Assembly (NCBI GenBank): GCA_010015805.1
Contig: ML978127.1
Span: forward strand, 1,975,652-1,995,651
DNA length: 20,000 nt
Origin: Rhizodiscina lignyota
Taxonomy: Eukaryota
Direction: 5' to 3'
Shown here: one piece after another, positions 19,741 through 20,000 of the stretch
Layout of the letters: each line of letters begins with the position of its first letter
Position numbering within the stretch: position 1 is the first letter of the stretch
Notes under the pieces: model-generated
What the model saw: only the letters and a program-made list of their open reading frames with translations
Database searches by the model: none
Told to the model about the DNA's origin: nothing
Translations under genes and position numbers: made by a program

Positions 19741-20000
19741 ATGCTATTAGGCAAACGACAACGCTCCCGAAGCCTATCAGCCGATAACCAAACAGAACGA
19801 CGTATCCCGATGCCCCCAGAACCTTCCTCCGCTACAGGACGCACCCGAAAGCAATCAGCGAAAGTCTCTGCAGCAGTATTAGCCGAACAACAAGTTCACG
19901 ACCAGCTTCTTGAACAACAACTTCAGAGAGAGCAAGAACCAACAGCGATGGCACAAAGTAAGGCTAAAACAAAGCCGGAGGCGGTGATAGCGTTGATAGA
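19741..20000 (+). CDS. Hypothetical protein, N-terminal part only (possibly transposon-encoded)
   Basis: ATG at 19741 after a C-rich leader; open for 86 codons to the window edge: MLLGKRQRSRSLSADNQTERRIPMPPEPSSATGRTRKQSAKVSAAVLAEQQVHDQLLEQQLQREQEPTAMAQSKAKTKPEAVIALI. No recognisable domain. Confidence 0.5.
   Translation, partial: MLLGKRQRSRSLSADNQTERRIPMPPEPSSATGRTRKQSAKVSAAVLAEQQVHDQLLEQQLQREQEPTAMAQSKAKTKPEAVIALI

Noticed and set aside
1..20000. tRNA, rRNA, CRISPR or prokaryotic-type systems
   Set aside because: No cloverleaf, rRNA-like sequence or repeat-spacer array seen; the sequence is spliced eukaryotic DNA throughout.

Overview
Intron-rich genomic DNA from a filamentous ascomycete (Pezizomycotina-type splice signals; most introns 47-74 nt). 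Hand-spliced gene models, left to right: a RING-H2 protein running off the left edge (missed by the ORF track), a polyol-dehydrogenase-like SDR, an SPF30/SMNDC1 Tudor splicing factor, the redox bZIP factor Yap1 (poly-Asn tract, likely 5'UTR intron), proteasome alpha-3 PRE9, a WW/FF-domain Urn1/TCERG1-like protein, a secreted GH78 alpha-L-rhamnosidase, a GPI-anchored Bim1/X325-like protein, a tail-to-tail secreted Egh16/Gas1 (DUF3129)-like protein, and an unidentified ORF running off the right edge behind a CTCCGAA motif cluster. No rRNA, tRNA or CRISPR was seen. Best leads: (1) a 283-nt, multi-hairpin SDR intron with an internal branch point and stop-introducing acceptors; (2) the convergent pair of predicted His1 secreted proteins with a TGCTC-rich upstream region; (3) an in-frame, stop-free intron inside the Yap1 C-terminal redox domain; (4) a possible transposon end at about 19.4 kb. 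All family calls come from motif recognition by eye; no searches were run.
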